From Spirochaetaceae bacterium (GTDB taxonomy: Bacteria > Spirochaetota > Spirochaetia > Treponematales > Breznakiellaceae), in NCBI GenBank assembly GCA_031265025.1, contig JAISDF010000040.1:1-32940 (forward strand): a stretch of 32,940 nucleotides of DNA, given 5' to 3'. The notes below the pieces were generated by a model that worked only from the letters and a program-made list of their open reading frames with translations, searched no databases and was not told where the DNA came from. The position numbers and the translations under genes were made by a program. Of the stretch, positions 16,015 through 25,387 are shown in pieces. Positions within the stretch are counted from its first letter, which is position 1. Each line of letters opens with the position of its first letter.

Positions 16015-17537
16015 TGAGTGAACAGAACAGCGGACATCAAAAAAAGGAACTTACCCCCCGGGAAATTGTCGCGGAGCTGGACAAATACATCGTGGGGCAG
16101 AAGAAGGCCAAGCGGGCGGTGGCGGTGGCCCTGCGCAACCGCGTGCGCCGGCTCAGGCTTGAGAGCGACGTGCGGGAGGACATAGCCCCGAAAAACATAC
16201 TCATGATAGGACCCACGGGCGTGGGAAAAACCGAGATAGCCCGGAGACTTGCCCGTCTCGCCGGTTCCCCCTTTATAAAGGTCGAGGCCACAAAGTACAC
16301 CGAAGTCGGCTATGTGGGCCGGGACGTGGAATCCATGATACGGGATCTCATGGCCGCGGGTATCCAGATAGTCAGGCAGGAGATGCAGGAATCGGTTAAG
16401 GCCGAGGCTGAAAAACGGGCCGAGGAAGATCTGCTTGATCTTATTCTTCCCGGTTCCGGCAAAAAGAAGGAAAAGGCCCCTCCCCAGCCTACCATCAAAC
16501 CCATGGGGGCGTTTTCCATCAATCCGGGCAGCACGGGCGCCGGTCCCGCCTTCATGGGGACAGCCATACAGGTGGGCCTTCCCCCCGACAACAGCGATGA
16601 CAGCCCCGAAAGTCAGCCGGGCGGCGTATATGACCAGAAGGAAGATAGGAGCGGGGACCCTTCAACCAGGGAAAAATTCCGCGCCATGCTCAGGGAGAAA
16701 AAACTGGAGGACCGTCTTGTTGAAATCACGGTAAACCAGACGCCCCAGCTTCCCGTCATGGAGATGATGGGCGGCAACATGGAGGACCTTGAGTCGAGTC
16801 TTTCGGGCATAGCCGGTTTTTTCGGCGGCGGCAAAAAGAAAAAACTGGTTACCGTTGCCAGGGCCAGGGAGATACTCCGCAATGAGGAGGCCGAAAAACT
16901 CATAGACAGGGAACGGGTTTCAGACGAGGCCCGCCAGAGGGTCGAGGAGACAGGCATAGTTTTTATAGACGAGATAGACAAGATAGCGGTCAGGGGCGAC
17001 CGTGGCGGGGGCCACGATGTGTCCCGCGAAGGAGTGCAGCGGGACATACTGCCCATAGTCGAAGGCGCCGTGGTAAATACCAAATGGGGGCCGGTCAATA
17101 CCGACCACATACTTTTTATAGCCGCCGGAGCCTTCAATATCAGCAAGCCCTCAGACCTCATCCCGGAACTCCAGGGACGCTTCCCCCTGCGGGTGGAGCT
17201 TGATTCGCTGGGCAAGGAGGAATTCCTGCGCATACTCACCGAACCCAAGAACGCCCTGACCAAACAGTACACGGACCTCCTGGGGACCGAAGGAGTGGAG
17301 ATAGAGTTTACCCGGGAGGCTGTCGAACGCCTTGCCGCCCTTGCCGCCGAGGTCAATTCGCGGCTTGAGAACATAGGCGCGAGGAGGCTTCATACCATCA
17401 TGGAGGCCCTGCTTGAGGAGCTTTCCTTTGAGGCTCCCGACATTGCGCCTGCCCGCGTGCCCATCACCGAAGACTATGTAAACGGAAAACTCAAGGATGT
17501 GGTTACCGACCAGGATTTGGGGCGGTATATTCTCTAA
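16014..17537 (+). CDS. hslU: ATP-dependent protease ATPase subunit HslU, with an enlarged I-domain
   Basis: [31 protein letters not shown], Walker [16 protein letters not shown], Walker [12 protein letters not shown], and [17 protein letters not shown] overlap with hslV. 507 aa. Confidence 0.96.
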   Translation: MSEQNSGHQKKELTPREIVAELDKYIVGQKKAKRAVAVALRNRVRRLRLESDVREDIAPKNILMIGPTGVGKTEIARRLARLAGSPFIKVEATKYTEVGYVGRDVESMIRDLMAAGIQIVRQEMQESVKAEAEKRAEEDLLDLILPGSGKKKEKAPPQPTIKPMGAFSINPGSTGAGPAFMGTAIQVGLPPDNSDDSPESQPGGVYDQKEDRSGDPSTREKFRAMLREKKLEDRLVEITVNQTPQLPVMEMMGGNMEDLESSLSGIAGFFGGGKKKKLVTVARAREILRNEEAEKLIDRERVSDEARQRVEETGIVFIDEIDKIAVRGDRGGGHDVSREGVQRDILPIVEGAVVNTKWGPVNTDHILFIAAGAFNISKPSDLIPELQGRFPLRVELDSLGKEEFLRILTEPKNALTKQYTDLLGTEGVEIEFTREAVERLAALAAEVNSRLENIGARRLHTIMEALLEELSFEAPDIAPARVPITEDYVNGKLKDVVTDQDLGRYIL

Positions 17538-17562
17538 CGATACGGTGAAAACGGGCCGATGA
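17535..17562 (+). promoter_or_regulatory. candidate sigma-28 (FliA/SigD-type) promoter upstream of flgB
   Basis: TAAC (17535-17538, overlapping the hslU stop), 16-nt spacer, then GCCGATGA (17555-17562). The consensus is TAAA-N15-GCCGATAA. It lies 35 nt upstream of the flgB ATG, leaving room for a short leader that contains GGGAGG. Confidence 0.35.
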
Positions 17563-17596
17563 TAGAAGGGGAAACAGAATTTTTTCGGGAGGAACA

Positions 17597-18007
17597 ATGA
17601 ACAGTTTTGAAAAGACCATAGATGTCATACACCGCTCCATGGACGCGAGCCTTCTGCGCAGGGACGTGATTGCCAATAACATTTCCAACGCCGGTGTTCC
17701 CAATTACAAAAGGTCCGAACTTACCTTTGAGAGCGAACTTAAAAGGGCGCTGGAATCGGAGAAGCAGAAGCCCGCCCTTGAATTAAACCTGACCAATTCC
17801 AGGCATATACCCAACTGGCGGCCCAGGGATTATCAGGATGTGGAACCCAGGCGGGTTCTTGACTACCTCACCACCGCGAAAAACAACGGCAACAATGTGG
17901 ACGCGGAGCAGGAAATCATGCTGGCCCTGGAAAACCAGCTCATGTATACCCTCATGGCCCAGGCGGAAAATTTTGAGTTCAGCCAGGTTAATCTGGTTTT
18001 ACGGTAA
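17597..18007 (+). CDS. flgB: flagellar basal-body rod protein FlgB
   Basis: 136 aa. Rod-protein N-terminal motif LLRRDVIANNISNAGVPNYKR. First gene of the conserved flgB-flgC-fliE-fliF order. Confidence 0.92.
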   Translation: MNSFEKTIDVIHRSMDASLLRRDVIANNISNAGVPNYKRSELTFESELKRALESEKQKPALELNLTNSRHIPNWRPRDYQDVEPRRVLDYLTTAKNNGNNVDAEQEIMLALENQLMYTLMAQAENFEFSQVNLVLR

Positions 18008-18017
18008 GGAATAAACA

Positions 18018-18485
18018 ATGGGAATATTCAATTCGATCAGTATAGCGGGAACAGGGATGAGCGCCGAAAGGCTCCGTTCCGACGTGATAGCCGATAACAT
18101 TGCCAACGCCAATACCACGGAAACAGCCGAAGGCGGCGTGTTCAGGAGAAAGCGGGTGGTTATGAGGCCCATAGCGAAACAACCCCAGTGGCGCAGCCCC
18201 TTTCTTCCCGACTCGATGGACAACGGCCCCGGCAAAGGGGTGCGGGTGGTGGAACTCCAGGAGGACCGCGAAAGCGCCCTGCGCCGGGTGTACGATCCAA
18301 CCCACCCCAAAGCGCTCAAGACCGGGGAATGGGCGGGCTATGTGGAATATCCCAATGTGGACATAGTTACCGAGATGGTGGACCTCATTGCCGCGTCCCG
18401 GGCCTATGAGGCCAACGCTTCCATAGTGGAAGGTTCAAAAACCATGTTTATGCGGGCGCTGGACATTGGTTCGGCGGGGAGGTAA
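18018..18485 (+). CDS. flgC: flagellar basal-body rod protein FlgC
   Basis: 155 aa. SIAGTGMSAERLRSDVIADNIANANTT, YPNVDIVTEMVDLIAASRAYEAN. Confidence 0.95.
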   Translation: MGIFNSISIAGTGMSAERLRSDVIADNIANANTTETAEGGVFRRKRVVMRPIAKQPQWRSPFLPDSMDNGPGKGVRVVELQEDRESALRRVYDPTHPKALKTGEWAGYVEYPNVDIVTEMVDLIAASRAYEANASIVEGSKTMFMRALDIGSAGR

Positions 18486-18488
18486 TAG

Positions 18489-18866
18489 ATGACTATATAT
18501 AAACCCGACCTTGTTTCCGGGGACATGATTTCCATGGCCCGCACCAGGCCCGGACATTTTATGCCCGGCGACCGGCATTTTACCTCGTCAGGCGCCGCGG
18601 TGGTAGAACTGGAAGACAAAATAGGCGCCGAGGCTGTGCTCCGCGCCGGGACCTTTGACGATGTCATGCTCAGGGCCATTGACAAGGTAAGCGCCGCCCA
18701 GCAGGCGACCGGCGTCCTTATGGAAAAAGCCATCACCGAACCCGGTTCGGTGGATGTCCACGATATAACCATAGCGGAGGCGAAGGCAAACCTTTCGCTT
18801 AACATAACAAGAACCATACTGGACCGCATAGTCCGGGGCTGGAGAGATCTGATTAACACACGATAA
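18489..18866 (+). CDS. fliE: flagellar hook-basal body complex protein FliE
   Basis: 125 aa. C-terminal FliE-like HDITIAEAKANLSLNITRTILDRIVRGWRDLIN. Position is between flgC and fliF. GGAGG lies 6 nt upstream of the start. Confidence 0.8.
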   Translation: MTIYKPDLVSGDMISMARTRPGHFMPGDRHFTSSGAAVVELEDKIGAEAVLRAGTFDDVMLRAIDKVSAAQQATGVLMEKAITEPGSVDVHDITIAEAKANLSLNITRTILDRIVRGWRDLINTR

Positions 18867-18891
18867 GTTTTGTTGACGGGGGGAGGGGAAC

Positions 18892-20598
18892 ATGAACGAA
18901 TGGATAAAAAAATTTCTTGAACAGATACGCGGTCTTTGGGGCAAATGGTCAATGGTACAGCGCCTCATCCTCATCGGCATCGCGTTCAGCGCGGTAATAG
19001 CCGTCATCGTGGTGGCGAAGGTTTCTTCTTCTCCCAGCATGGTTCCGGTTATCGACGCCCCCATCAGGGACGAGGACGCCATGGACCGCATCATTACCAG
19101 AATCAACGAGGAAGGGGTGAGGACCCAGGTCTCGGCCGCCGGAACCATCATGGTCCATGACGAAAGGACCGCCCGGCGTCTCAGGGCCCTGCTCATACGG
19201 GAAGACCTCATTCCCAGGGGAACCGATCCCTGGGCTATTTTTGACCAGGACCGCTGGAATATTACCGACATTGAACGGGATATCAACAAGCAGCGCGCCC
19301 AGACCCGGATGATAACGAACCATATCAAATCACTGGACGAGGTTGATGACGCCGAGGTCATCGTGGTATGGCCCAAGGACGAACTCTTTGCCGCCGAGCA
19401 GAACCCCGTAACCGCCAGCGTTACCATCATGCCCAGGCCGGGGAGCGATATTGCCGGGAACCGCCCGAAAATCGAAGGCATACAGAAGATACTGAAATTC
19501 GCCGTCGAGGGCCTCACCGACGACCACATAGTCATCACCGATCAAAGGGGTGTTATACTCAATGATTTTGAAAACGCCGCCGCCTTTGACCGGATAAACC
19601 AGACCAAACAGGAACAGGTGCTTATTCAGAACCTGGAAAGCAAGTACCGGAACCTCATACTCCCGGCCGTACAGGGCATCTTTACCGCCGACAGGGTACG
19701 GGACCTCAATATCAAAATTGACATGGATATGAGCAAAAAACAGGTAAGCTCCTACGAAAAATATCCTGTCATGATCAAGGAGCGGACACCCGGTCTTCCC
19801 TATGACGATTCGGAACGGCTCGCGTCCCTCACCGTCTCGGAGGCTACTTCCAGTACCCAGTGGAGAGGACCGGGCGGGATTCCCGAAGGTCCGGCGGGAA
19901 CCGACGGCCAGATGCCTCCAGCCTATAAGGATATGTCGAATCTGTACGGCGAGGTTTCCCAGGAAACCAGGACCACCAATTACGACTTTAACCAGCGCAC
20001 GATAGAGGAGATACGGAGCCCCAGCCCGGACCGCATCACCGTCTCGGTAAACATTGACGGCCAGTGGAAATGGAAGTACGATGAAAAAGGCAAACCAATA
20101 ACGCTGGTTGACAATTCCATAGACAGGGAATACCTGCCGGTTCCCGAGGCGGACCTGGTAAAAGTCCGGGACCTCATCAGGGACGCCATAGGCTACAGTC
20201 CGGCCAGGGGAGACTCGGTAACGGTCCAGAACATACCCTTTGACCGTACCAGGGAGTTCCTTGCCGAGGACGCCGCGTATTTCAGGCAGCAGCGCTTTCA
20301 GACTACGGTGATGCTCTTTGTCTCGGGCCTTGCCGTGCTTTTGGTAAGTTTTATCGCCTACAGGCTCATTTACCGGGAACTGGAACGCCGCCGCAGACTC
20401 AGGGACGAGGAGCTTTCCAGGCAGCATCAGATGATGCGGGAAAGCGCCCTCCGCCAGGCCGAAGAAGAAGGCGTGGAAGTTTCCATGTCGGTGGAAGAGC
20501 GGAAACGCATGGAGCTTCAGGACAACGCCATCAGCCTTGCCAGGGAACATCCCGAGGATGTGGCCCAGCTTATAAGAACCTGGCTTCTGGAGGAATAA
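18892..20598 (+). CDS. fliF: flagellar MS-ring protein FliF
   Basis: 568 aa with N-terminal and C-terminal TM helices (LILIGIAFSAVIAVIVVA and VMLFVSGLAVLLVSFIAY). A large periplasmic region lies between them. The charged C-terminal tail ends LIRTWLLEE, the FliG-binding region. Confidence 0.92.
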   Translation: MNEWIKKFLEQIRGLWGKWSMVQRLILIGIAFSAVIAVIVVAKVSSSPSMVPVIDAPIRDEDAMDRIITRINEEGVRTQVSAAGTIMVHDERTARRLRALLIREDLIPRGTDPWAIFDQDRWNITDIERDINKQRAQTRMITNHIKSLDEVDDAEVIVVWPKDELFAAEQNPVTASVTIMPRPGSDIAGNRPKIEGIQKILKFAVEGLTDDHIVITDQRGVILNDFENAAAFDRINQTKQEQVLIQNLESKYRNLILPAVQGIFTADRVRDLNIKIDMDMSKKQVSSYEKYPVMIKERTPGLPYDDSERLASLTVSEATSSTQWRGPGGIPEGPAGTDGQMPPAYKDMSNLYGEVSQETRTTNYDFNQRTIEEIRSPSPDRITVSVNIDGQWKWKYDEKGKPITLVDNSIDREYLPVPEADLVKVRDLIRDAIGYSPARGDSVTVQNIPFDRTREFLAEDAAYFRQQRFQTTVMLFVSGLAVLLVSFIAYRLIYRELERRRRLRDEELSRQHQMMRESALRQAEEEGVEVSMSVEERKRMELQDNAISLAREHPEDVAQLIRTWLLEE

Positions 20599-20599
20599 G

Positions 20600-21664
20600 A
20601 TGGCAAAAACAGCGGTATCCCCGTCTTCAGGTTCTTCTTCCGGAGGCAAGAAGGGCAAGGGTTCCAAGGATTTCACCGGCCGGCAGAAGGCGGCCATATT
20701 CCTCGTCAGTATAGGCTCGGAGATTTCCGCGGAAATCTTTAAGTACCTCAGGGAAGACGAGATAGAAACCCTCACCTTTGAGATAGCCAGGCTCGAAACC
20801 ATAGAGCCCGATCAGAAAGACGCTGTTCTCATGGAATTCCAGGAACTCATGATGGCCAATGAGTTCATCTCTACAGGCGGCATTGACTATGCGAGGGAGC
20901 TGCTCGAAAAATCCCTGGGCAGCCAGAAGGCCATAGACATTATCAACCGCCTTACCTCAAGCCTTCAGGTCAGGCCCTTTGACTTTATACGCCGCACCGA
21001 TCCGGCACATCTGCTCAACTTCATACAGCAGGAACATCCCCAGACCATAGCCCTCATCCTGGCCTACCTTGAACCAAACAAGGCTTCGGTAATACTCCAG
21101 AACCTGCCCCACGAGGTGCAGAGCGATGTGGCGCGGCGCATAGCCAGCATGGACCGTACCAGTCCCGAGGTACTCAGGGAGGTTGAACGGGTTCTTGAGA
21201 AAAAACTTTCCACCCTGTCCAGCGAAGACTATACCGCGGCTGGCGGCGTCGAAAGCATCGTGGAGATACTCAACATGGTTGACCGGGCTTCGGAAAAACA
21301 GATCATCGAGGCCCTTGAGGACGAGGACCCCGAACTTGCCGAAGAAATCAAGAAGCGCATGTTCGTGTTCGAGGACATTGTCATGCTCGACGACCGGGCC
21401 ATTCAGAAGGTCATGCGGGAAGTGGATTCCCAGGAATTGGCCAAGGCCCTCAAGTCGGTGGATACCGAAGTCCAGGACAAGATATTCAGGAATATGTCGA
21501 AGCGCGCCGCGGGCATGCTCAAGGAAGATATGGAATACATGGGACCTGTGCGGCTCAAGGATGTTGAGGAATCCCAGCAGAAGATTGTTTCCATTATCCG
21601 CCACCTTGAGGACACCGGCGAAATCGTGGTCGCCCGTACCGGTGAGGACGAACTGGTAGTTTAA
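20600..21664 (+). CDS. fliG: flagellar motor switch protein FliG
   Basis: 354 aa. GRQKAAIFLVSIGSEISAEIFKYL, HPQTIALILAYLEP, MFVFEDIVMLDDRAIQKVMREVD and KRAAGMLKEDME. Confidence 0.96.
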   Translation: MAKTAVSPSSGSSSGGKKGKGSKDFTGRQKAAIFLVSIGSEISAEIFKYLREDEIETLTFEIARLETIEPDQKDAVLMEFQELMMANEFISTGGIDYARELLEKSLGSQKAIDIINRLTSSLQVRPFDFIRRTDPAHLLNFIQQEHPQTIALILAYLEPNKASVILQNLPHEVQSDVARRIASMDRTSPEVLREVERVLEKKLSTLSSEDYTAAGGVESIVEILNMVDRASEKQIIEALEDEDPELAEEIKKRMFVFEDIVMLDDRAIQKVMREVDSQELAKALKSVDTEVQDKIFRNMSKRAAGMLKEDMEYMGPVRLKDVEESQQKIVSIIRHLEDTGEIVVARTGEDELVV

Positions 21665-21704
21665 TACAACCGCGTTAGCATACGCGGGGGATGGAGAAGA
21701 AAAT

Positions 21705-22649
21705 ATGGCCAAGGCTGTATTCAGGCCCACAGAGGTCGTACTGAGTAACGAAAAAGTAATCCTCGATCCGCCCCATACCCAGGCGGAACTTGCCCAGACG
21801 GCCAGCGTGATGGAAGAATTTGAGGATACCGACGAATACATAGGCCCCACCGCCGACGACATACGCCGCGAGATGGAAGAATTCAAGGCCGGTTGGGACA
21901 GCGAAAAAGAAACCATGATTATGTCCGCCCGCGCCGAGGCCGAAGCGATAAAGAAGAGCGCCGAAGACGCCGCGTTTCAGGAAGTAAAGCGCCGTACCGA
22001 CAATGCCCAGGCACAGAAGCAGCTTGCCGAGGATGAGGCAAGCAGGCTTATCGCCGAGGCGCGGGAAAAGGCAAAGACCATAGAAAGCGACGCCAGGGCC
22101 GCCTTTGAGGGGGAGCGGAAGGCCGCCGAAGACGAAGGCTTTGCCGAAGGCAGGGAACGGGGCTTTGCCGAAGGCAGGGCCGAGGTGGAACGGCTTATAG
22201 AAAGGGCCAGGACCATACTGGAAAGGACCCAGGACAAGAGGGCCGAGATACTCGCCGAAACGGAACAGCAGATTATAGACCTGGTACTCCTTATTTCCCG
22301 CAAGGTCATCAAGGTTATTTCCGACAGCCAGAGGAATATCATTATTTCCAATGTGGTTCAGGCCCTTCGCAAGGTCAAGGGCCGGGGCAATGTGATCATC
22401 AGGGTCAACATGGCCGATATCAAGCTCACCACCGAGCACATGAAGGATTTTGTCAAACTTGTCGAAGGGGCAAAATCAATTCAGATAGTAGAAGATTCCA
22501 AGATTGACCGGGGCGGCTGCGTTATCGAAACCGAATTCGGCGAAATCGACGCCAGGATTTCTAGCCAGCTTTCCGAACTGGAAACCAAAATACTGGAAAT
22601 ATCTCCCATCAAGTCCAAAGCCCGTACGGCGCCGCTGGACGAAGCCTGA
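21705..22649 (+). CDS. fliH: flagellar export apparatus regulator FliH
   Basis: 314 aa. An E/A/K-rich coiled region with Gly repeats (EGFAEGRERGFAEGRAE) precedes a C-terminal FliH domain (GGCVIETEFGEIDARISSQL). It lies between fliG and fliI. Confidence 0.82.
   Translation: MAKAVFRPTEVVLSNEKVILDPPHTQAELAQTASVMEEFEDTDEYIGPTADDIRREMEEFKAGWDSEKETMIMSARAEAEAIKKSAEDAAFQEVKRRTDNAQAQKQLAEDEASRLIAEAREKAKTIESDARAAFEGERKAAEDEGFAEGRERGFAEGRAEVERLIERARTILERTQDKRAEILAETEQQIIDLVLLISRKVIKVISDSQRNIIISNVVQALRKVKGRGNVIIRVNMADIKLTTEHMKDFVKLVEGAKSIQIVEDSKIDRGGCVIETEFGEIDARISSQLSELETKILEISPIKSKARTAPLDEA
22137..22179 (+). repeat. 19-nt exact direct repeat with 24-nt period inside fliH
   Basis: GGCTTTGCCGAAGGCAGGG occurs at 22137-22155 and 22161-22179. 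It encodes the GFAEGRxx duplication typical of FliH/YscL glycine repeats. Confidence 0.9.
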
Positions 22650-22670
22650 CGGGTCCTTTAGGGAGGGGAC

Positions 22671-24062
22671 ATGGCCGCGCTGCCTACCATACTTGATAAA
22701 TACCTTGAAACAGCGGAACAGGTTGATCCTGTAAAATGCACCGGAAGGGTAACAAAGGTTCAGGGTCTGCTCATAGAAAGCCGGGGACCGTCCGCCATCA
22801 TAGGCGAGGTGTGCCGCATAGAGGCGCCCAAGCTCCGTTCCATGATACGCGCCGAGGTAGTCGGCCTCCGCGATGACATTGTGCAGCTTATGGCCTTTGA
22901 CGAAACCGCCGGCCTTGAGGTCGGAAACCTTGTGGTTGCCTCAGGCGAAAGGCTCCGCGTTCCCGTATCAACCAAACTGCTTGGCAGGGTGCTTGATCCT
23001 CTGGGGCGGCCCAGTGACGGCAAGGGCGATATTGAGTCTCCTGTTTTCTATCCGGCCGTATCCGATCCTCCGGATCCCCTTAAACGGCGGCGCATCACCC
23101 AGTGGATGACCACCGGGGTCAGGGCCATAGACGGGCTTCTGTCCGTGGGCCGGGGACAGCGGCTGGGAATCTTTGCCGGTTCGGGCGTGGGCAAGTCAAC
23201 CCTGCTCGGCATGATAGCGCGAAACACCACCGCCCATGTCAATGTGGTCGCCCTCATCGGTGAGCGGGGCAGGGAAGTGCGGGACTTTATCGAAAACGAT
23301 CTTGGCAGCGAAGGCCTTGCCCGCTCGGTGATCATCGTGGCCCCCTCCAACGCGCCGCCCCTGGCAAGGCTCAGGGGCGCCTATGTGGCAACCGCCGTGG
23401 CGGAATTTTTCCGCGACCAGGGCATGGACGTGATGCTCCTCTTTGACTCAGTAACCCGTTTTGCCAGGGCCCAGCGGGAAATAGGCCTTGCCTCAGGGGA
23501 GCCTCCGGCGACCAGGGGTTATACGCCAAGCGTCTTTGACTCGATGCCCAAGCTCCTTGAACGCTGCGGGACTTCCGACAAGGGAACCATAACCGGCTTT
23601 TATACAATACTGGTTGACGGCGACGACATGGACGAACCCATATCCGATACGGTCAGGGGCATACTCGACGGCCATATCATACTTTCCCGCCGCATCGCCC
23701 AGCGTTACCATTACCCCGCCATAGACGTGCTCGGAAGCATATCCCGTCTTGCCCCGGCGGTAACAGGGCCGGTAACCAGAAAGGCCTCGGGCTATATCAG
23801 GCGCCTCATGGCGGTCTATGCCGAGGCGGAGGACCTTATTAACGTAGGCGCCTACAAACCGGGAAGCAATCCGGCCATTGACGAGGCGGTAAAAAAAATG
23901 GACGGCATCAATAAATTTCTCGTCCAGGCCGTGGAAGAAAAATCGTCCATACCGGATACTGTTTCCGCCATGTCCGCCATCGCGGAGATGGCGGTGCCCC
24001 CCGAAGAACTGGGGCCCTATGCCTCTTACGCGCTTCCGGGCGGGACAAAGGCAGACGCGTAA
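22671..24062 (+). CDS. fliI: flagellum-specific ATPase FliI
   Basis: 463 aa. Walker A GIFAGSGVGKSTLLGMIARN, Walker B VMLLFDSVTRFARAQRE, and YPAIDVLGSISR. Confidence 0.97.
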   Translation: MAALPTILDKYLETAEQVDPVKCTGRVTKVQGLLIESRGPSAIIGEVCRIEAPKLRSMIRAEVVGLRDDIVQLMAFDETAGLEVGNLVVASGERLRVPVSTKLLGRVLDPLGRPSDGKGDIESPVFYPAVSDPPDPLKRRRITQWMTTGVRAIDGLLSVGRGQRLGIFAGSGVGKSTLLGMIARNTTAHVNVVALIGERGREVRDFIENDLGSEGLARSVIIVAPSNAPPLARLRGAYVATAVAEFFRDQGMDVMLLFDSVTRFARAQREIGLASGEPPATRGYTPSVFDSMPKLLERCGTSDKGTITGFYTILVDGDDMDEPISDTVRGILDGHIILSRRIAQRYHYPAIDVLGSISRLAPAVTGPVTRKASGYIRRLMAVYAEAEDLINVGAYKPGSNPAIDEAVKKMDGINKFLVQAVEEKSSIPDTVSAMSAIAEMAVPPEELGPYASYALPGGTKADA

Positions 24063-24078
24063 AAAGTGATGAAGAAAA

Positions 24079-24531
24079 ATGAAAAAATTTGTTTTTAAGC
24101 TGGAAAAAGTCCTCGAACTCCGGGGGCATTATGAAAAAGAAGCCAAGATAGAACTGGGCAGGGCCATCGCCGTGCTTTCTGATATAGAAAGGGAGATTGA
24201 AGAGACGGCACGGAAACGGGTCGAGGCTGCCGCCGGGCGTTTTCTTCCCGGCAGAACCGGGGCGGAAATATTCAACACCGATCTGTATATCATGAGGCTC
24301 GACCAGCTCAGGGACAGGCTGTTTGAGGACGCGGCCAGGGCGGAACTCGTGGTAACGGAGAAAAGGGAGAAGTACATCGAAGCCTCACGGGAAAGAAAAA
24401 CCCTTGACAGACTCAAAGAAAAACGCCTTGCGGAATATAAAAAGGCCCAGTCCGATGAGGAGATAAAAACCTTGGACGATATTGCCAACGGCAGCCGTGC
24501 CCGCCGGGCCCTGGCCGAGGGCCTCCATTAA
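24079..24531 (+). CDS. fliJ: flagellar export chaperone-like protein FliJ
   Basis: 150 aa, all coiled coil. FKLEKVLELRGHYEKEAKIELGRA is a typical FliJ N-terminus. It lies immediately after fliI. Confidence 0.75.
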   Translation: MKKFVFKLEKVLELRGHYEKEAKIELGRAIAVLSDIEREIEETARKRVEAAAGRFLPGRTGAEIFNTDLYIMRLDQLRDRLFEDAARAELVVTEKREKYIEASRERKTLDRLKEKRLAEYKKAQSDEEIKTLDDIANGSRARRALAEGLH

Positions 24532-24544
24532 GCGGCATGGACAC

Positions 24545-24573
24545 ATGACAAAAGTTTTTTTCCGTAGTATATT
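24545..24573 (+). promoter_or_regulatory. candidate sigma-70 promoter for the PHP/pncA/pncB block
   Basis: ATGACA (24545-24550), 17-nt spacer, TATATT (24568-24573). Only 18 nt separate the -10 from ATG 24592, and there is no obvious SD, which implies a very short leader. Confidence 0.35.
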
Positions 24574-24591
24574 TTTCAGGCGGTAAACAGC

Positions 24592-25350
24592 ATGACAGCC
24601 AACTACCATACCCACACCCGCTGGTGCCGTCACGGAACCGGCGAAATCGAAGACTATATCAGGGAGGCCCTAAAGAAGGGATTCGCGGAACTTGCCATTA
24701 CCGAACATGTGCCCCTGCCCGGCGATCCCGATCCGTTGCGCATATACTGCAGTGAATTCGATGATTTTGACCGCGAGTTTGACAGCCTCATAAAAAAATA
24801 CTCAGGACGCATTACGCTGCGCAAGGGACTGGAATGTGAATATTATCCCAAACTCCTTGATTACTACCGGAACCTTAGGGAAAAACGCGGTTATGAAATT
24901 CTCATTCTCGGCCAGCATACCAGCATAGACCGGCGTCTTGATAATTTTTTTCTGAGCCGGCCGGAAGAAGTGCTGCTCTATGCCGATGAAGTTACCGAAG
25001 GTCTTGCCACGGGGCTTTTTACCTTTCTTGCCCATCCCGACGTACCCATCGCGGGCTATGGCAGGGCGGACAGCGCTTTTATGGAAGCGATGGATAAAAT
25101 TTTTTCAGCCTGTGAAAAACTCGGTATTCCCGTGGAAATCAACGCCAACGGGTTTCATTATAAACGGGGCTATCCCTGCGAGAAGGTCTGGAAGCTGGCC
25201 TCGAATTACCGCCTCGACTGTCTTGTAAACGCCGATGCCCATCATGTGAAAGACCTCGCCGGTCCCGGCGTGGAGCAGTGCGAGACGCTGGCAAAAGATT
25301 TAAAACTTACCGTGCTGCCCCGTCTTCCCTCCCTTGTCCCCGGCCCGTAA
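24592..25350 (+). CDS. PHP-family (HisJ-type) histidinol-phosphatase-like metal-dependent phosphoesterase
   Basis: 252 aa. N-terminal YHTHTRWCRHG (HxH), ITEHVP, LGQHT, FLAHPD and NADAHH. This is the PHP metal-ligand pattern of HisJ-family phosphatases. The substrate cannot be inferred. Confidence 0.8.
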   Translation: MTANYHTHTRWCRHGTGEIEDYIREALKKGFAELAITEHVPLPGDPDPLRIYCSEFDDFDREFDSLIKKYSGRITLRKGLECEYYPKLLDYYRNLREKRGYEILILGQHTSIDRRLDNFFLSRPEEVLLYADEVTEGLATGLFTFLAHPDVPIAGYGRADSAFMEAMDKIFSACEKLGIPVEINANGFHYKRGYPCEKVWKLASNYRLDCLVNADAHHVKDLAGPGVEQCETLAKDLKLTVLPRLPSLVPGP

Positions 25351-25387
25351 TGGCGCCGGTATAATACGATAATTTAAGAGGTGGAGT

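Noticed and set aside
19330-20802. 490-aa ORF on the minus strand opposite fliF/fliG. Similar long antisense ORFs lie at 20957..21916, 18588..19538, 16613..17374, 13724..14527 and 29601..30419.
   Set aside because: These are shadow ORFs typical of GC-rich coding DNA. Their translations are low-complexity and rich in Gly/Pro/Arg/Leu with no motifs. Each lies wholly inside a + strand gene that has unmistakable family signatures.
22137-22179. Direct repeat in fliH encoding GFAEGRER/GFAEGRAE.
   Set aside because: The repeat is real, but it matches the well-known glycine-repeat (AxxxG/GxxxG) segment of FliH/YscL proteins, so it is not a novel feature.
24507-24523. Hairpin GGCCCT-ggccg-AGGGCC at the 3' end of fliJ, considered as the terminator of the flagellar operon.
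   Set aside because: It is only a 6-bp stem, lies inside the coding sequence, and has no following U-tract. That is not convincing as an intrinsic terminator.
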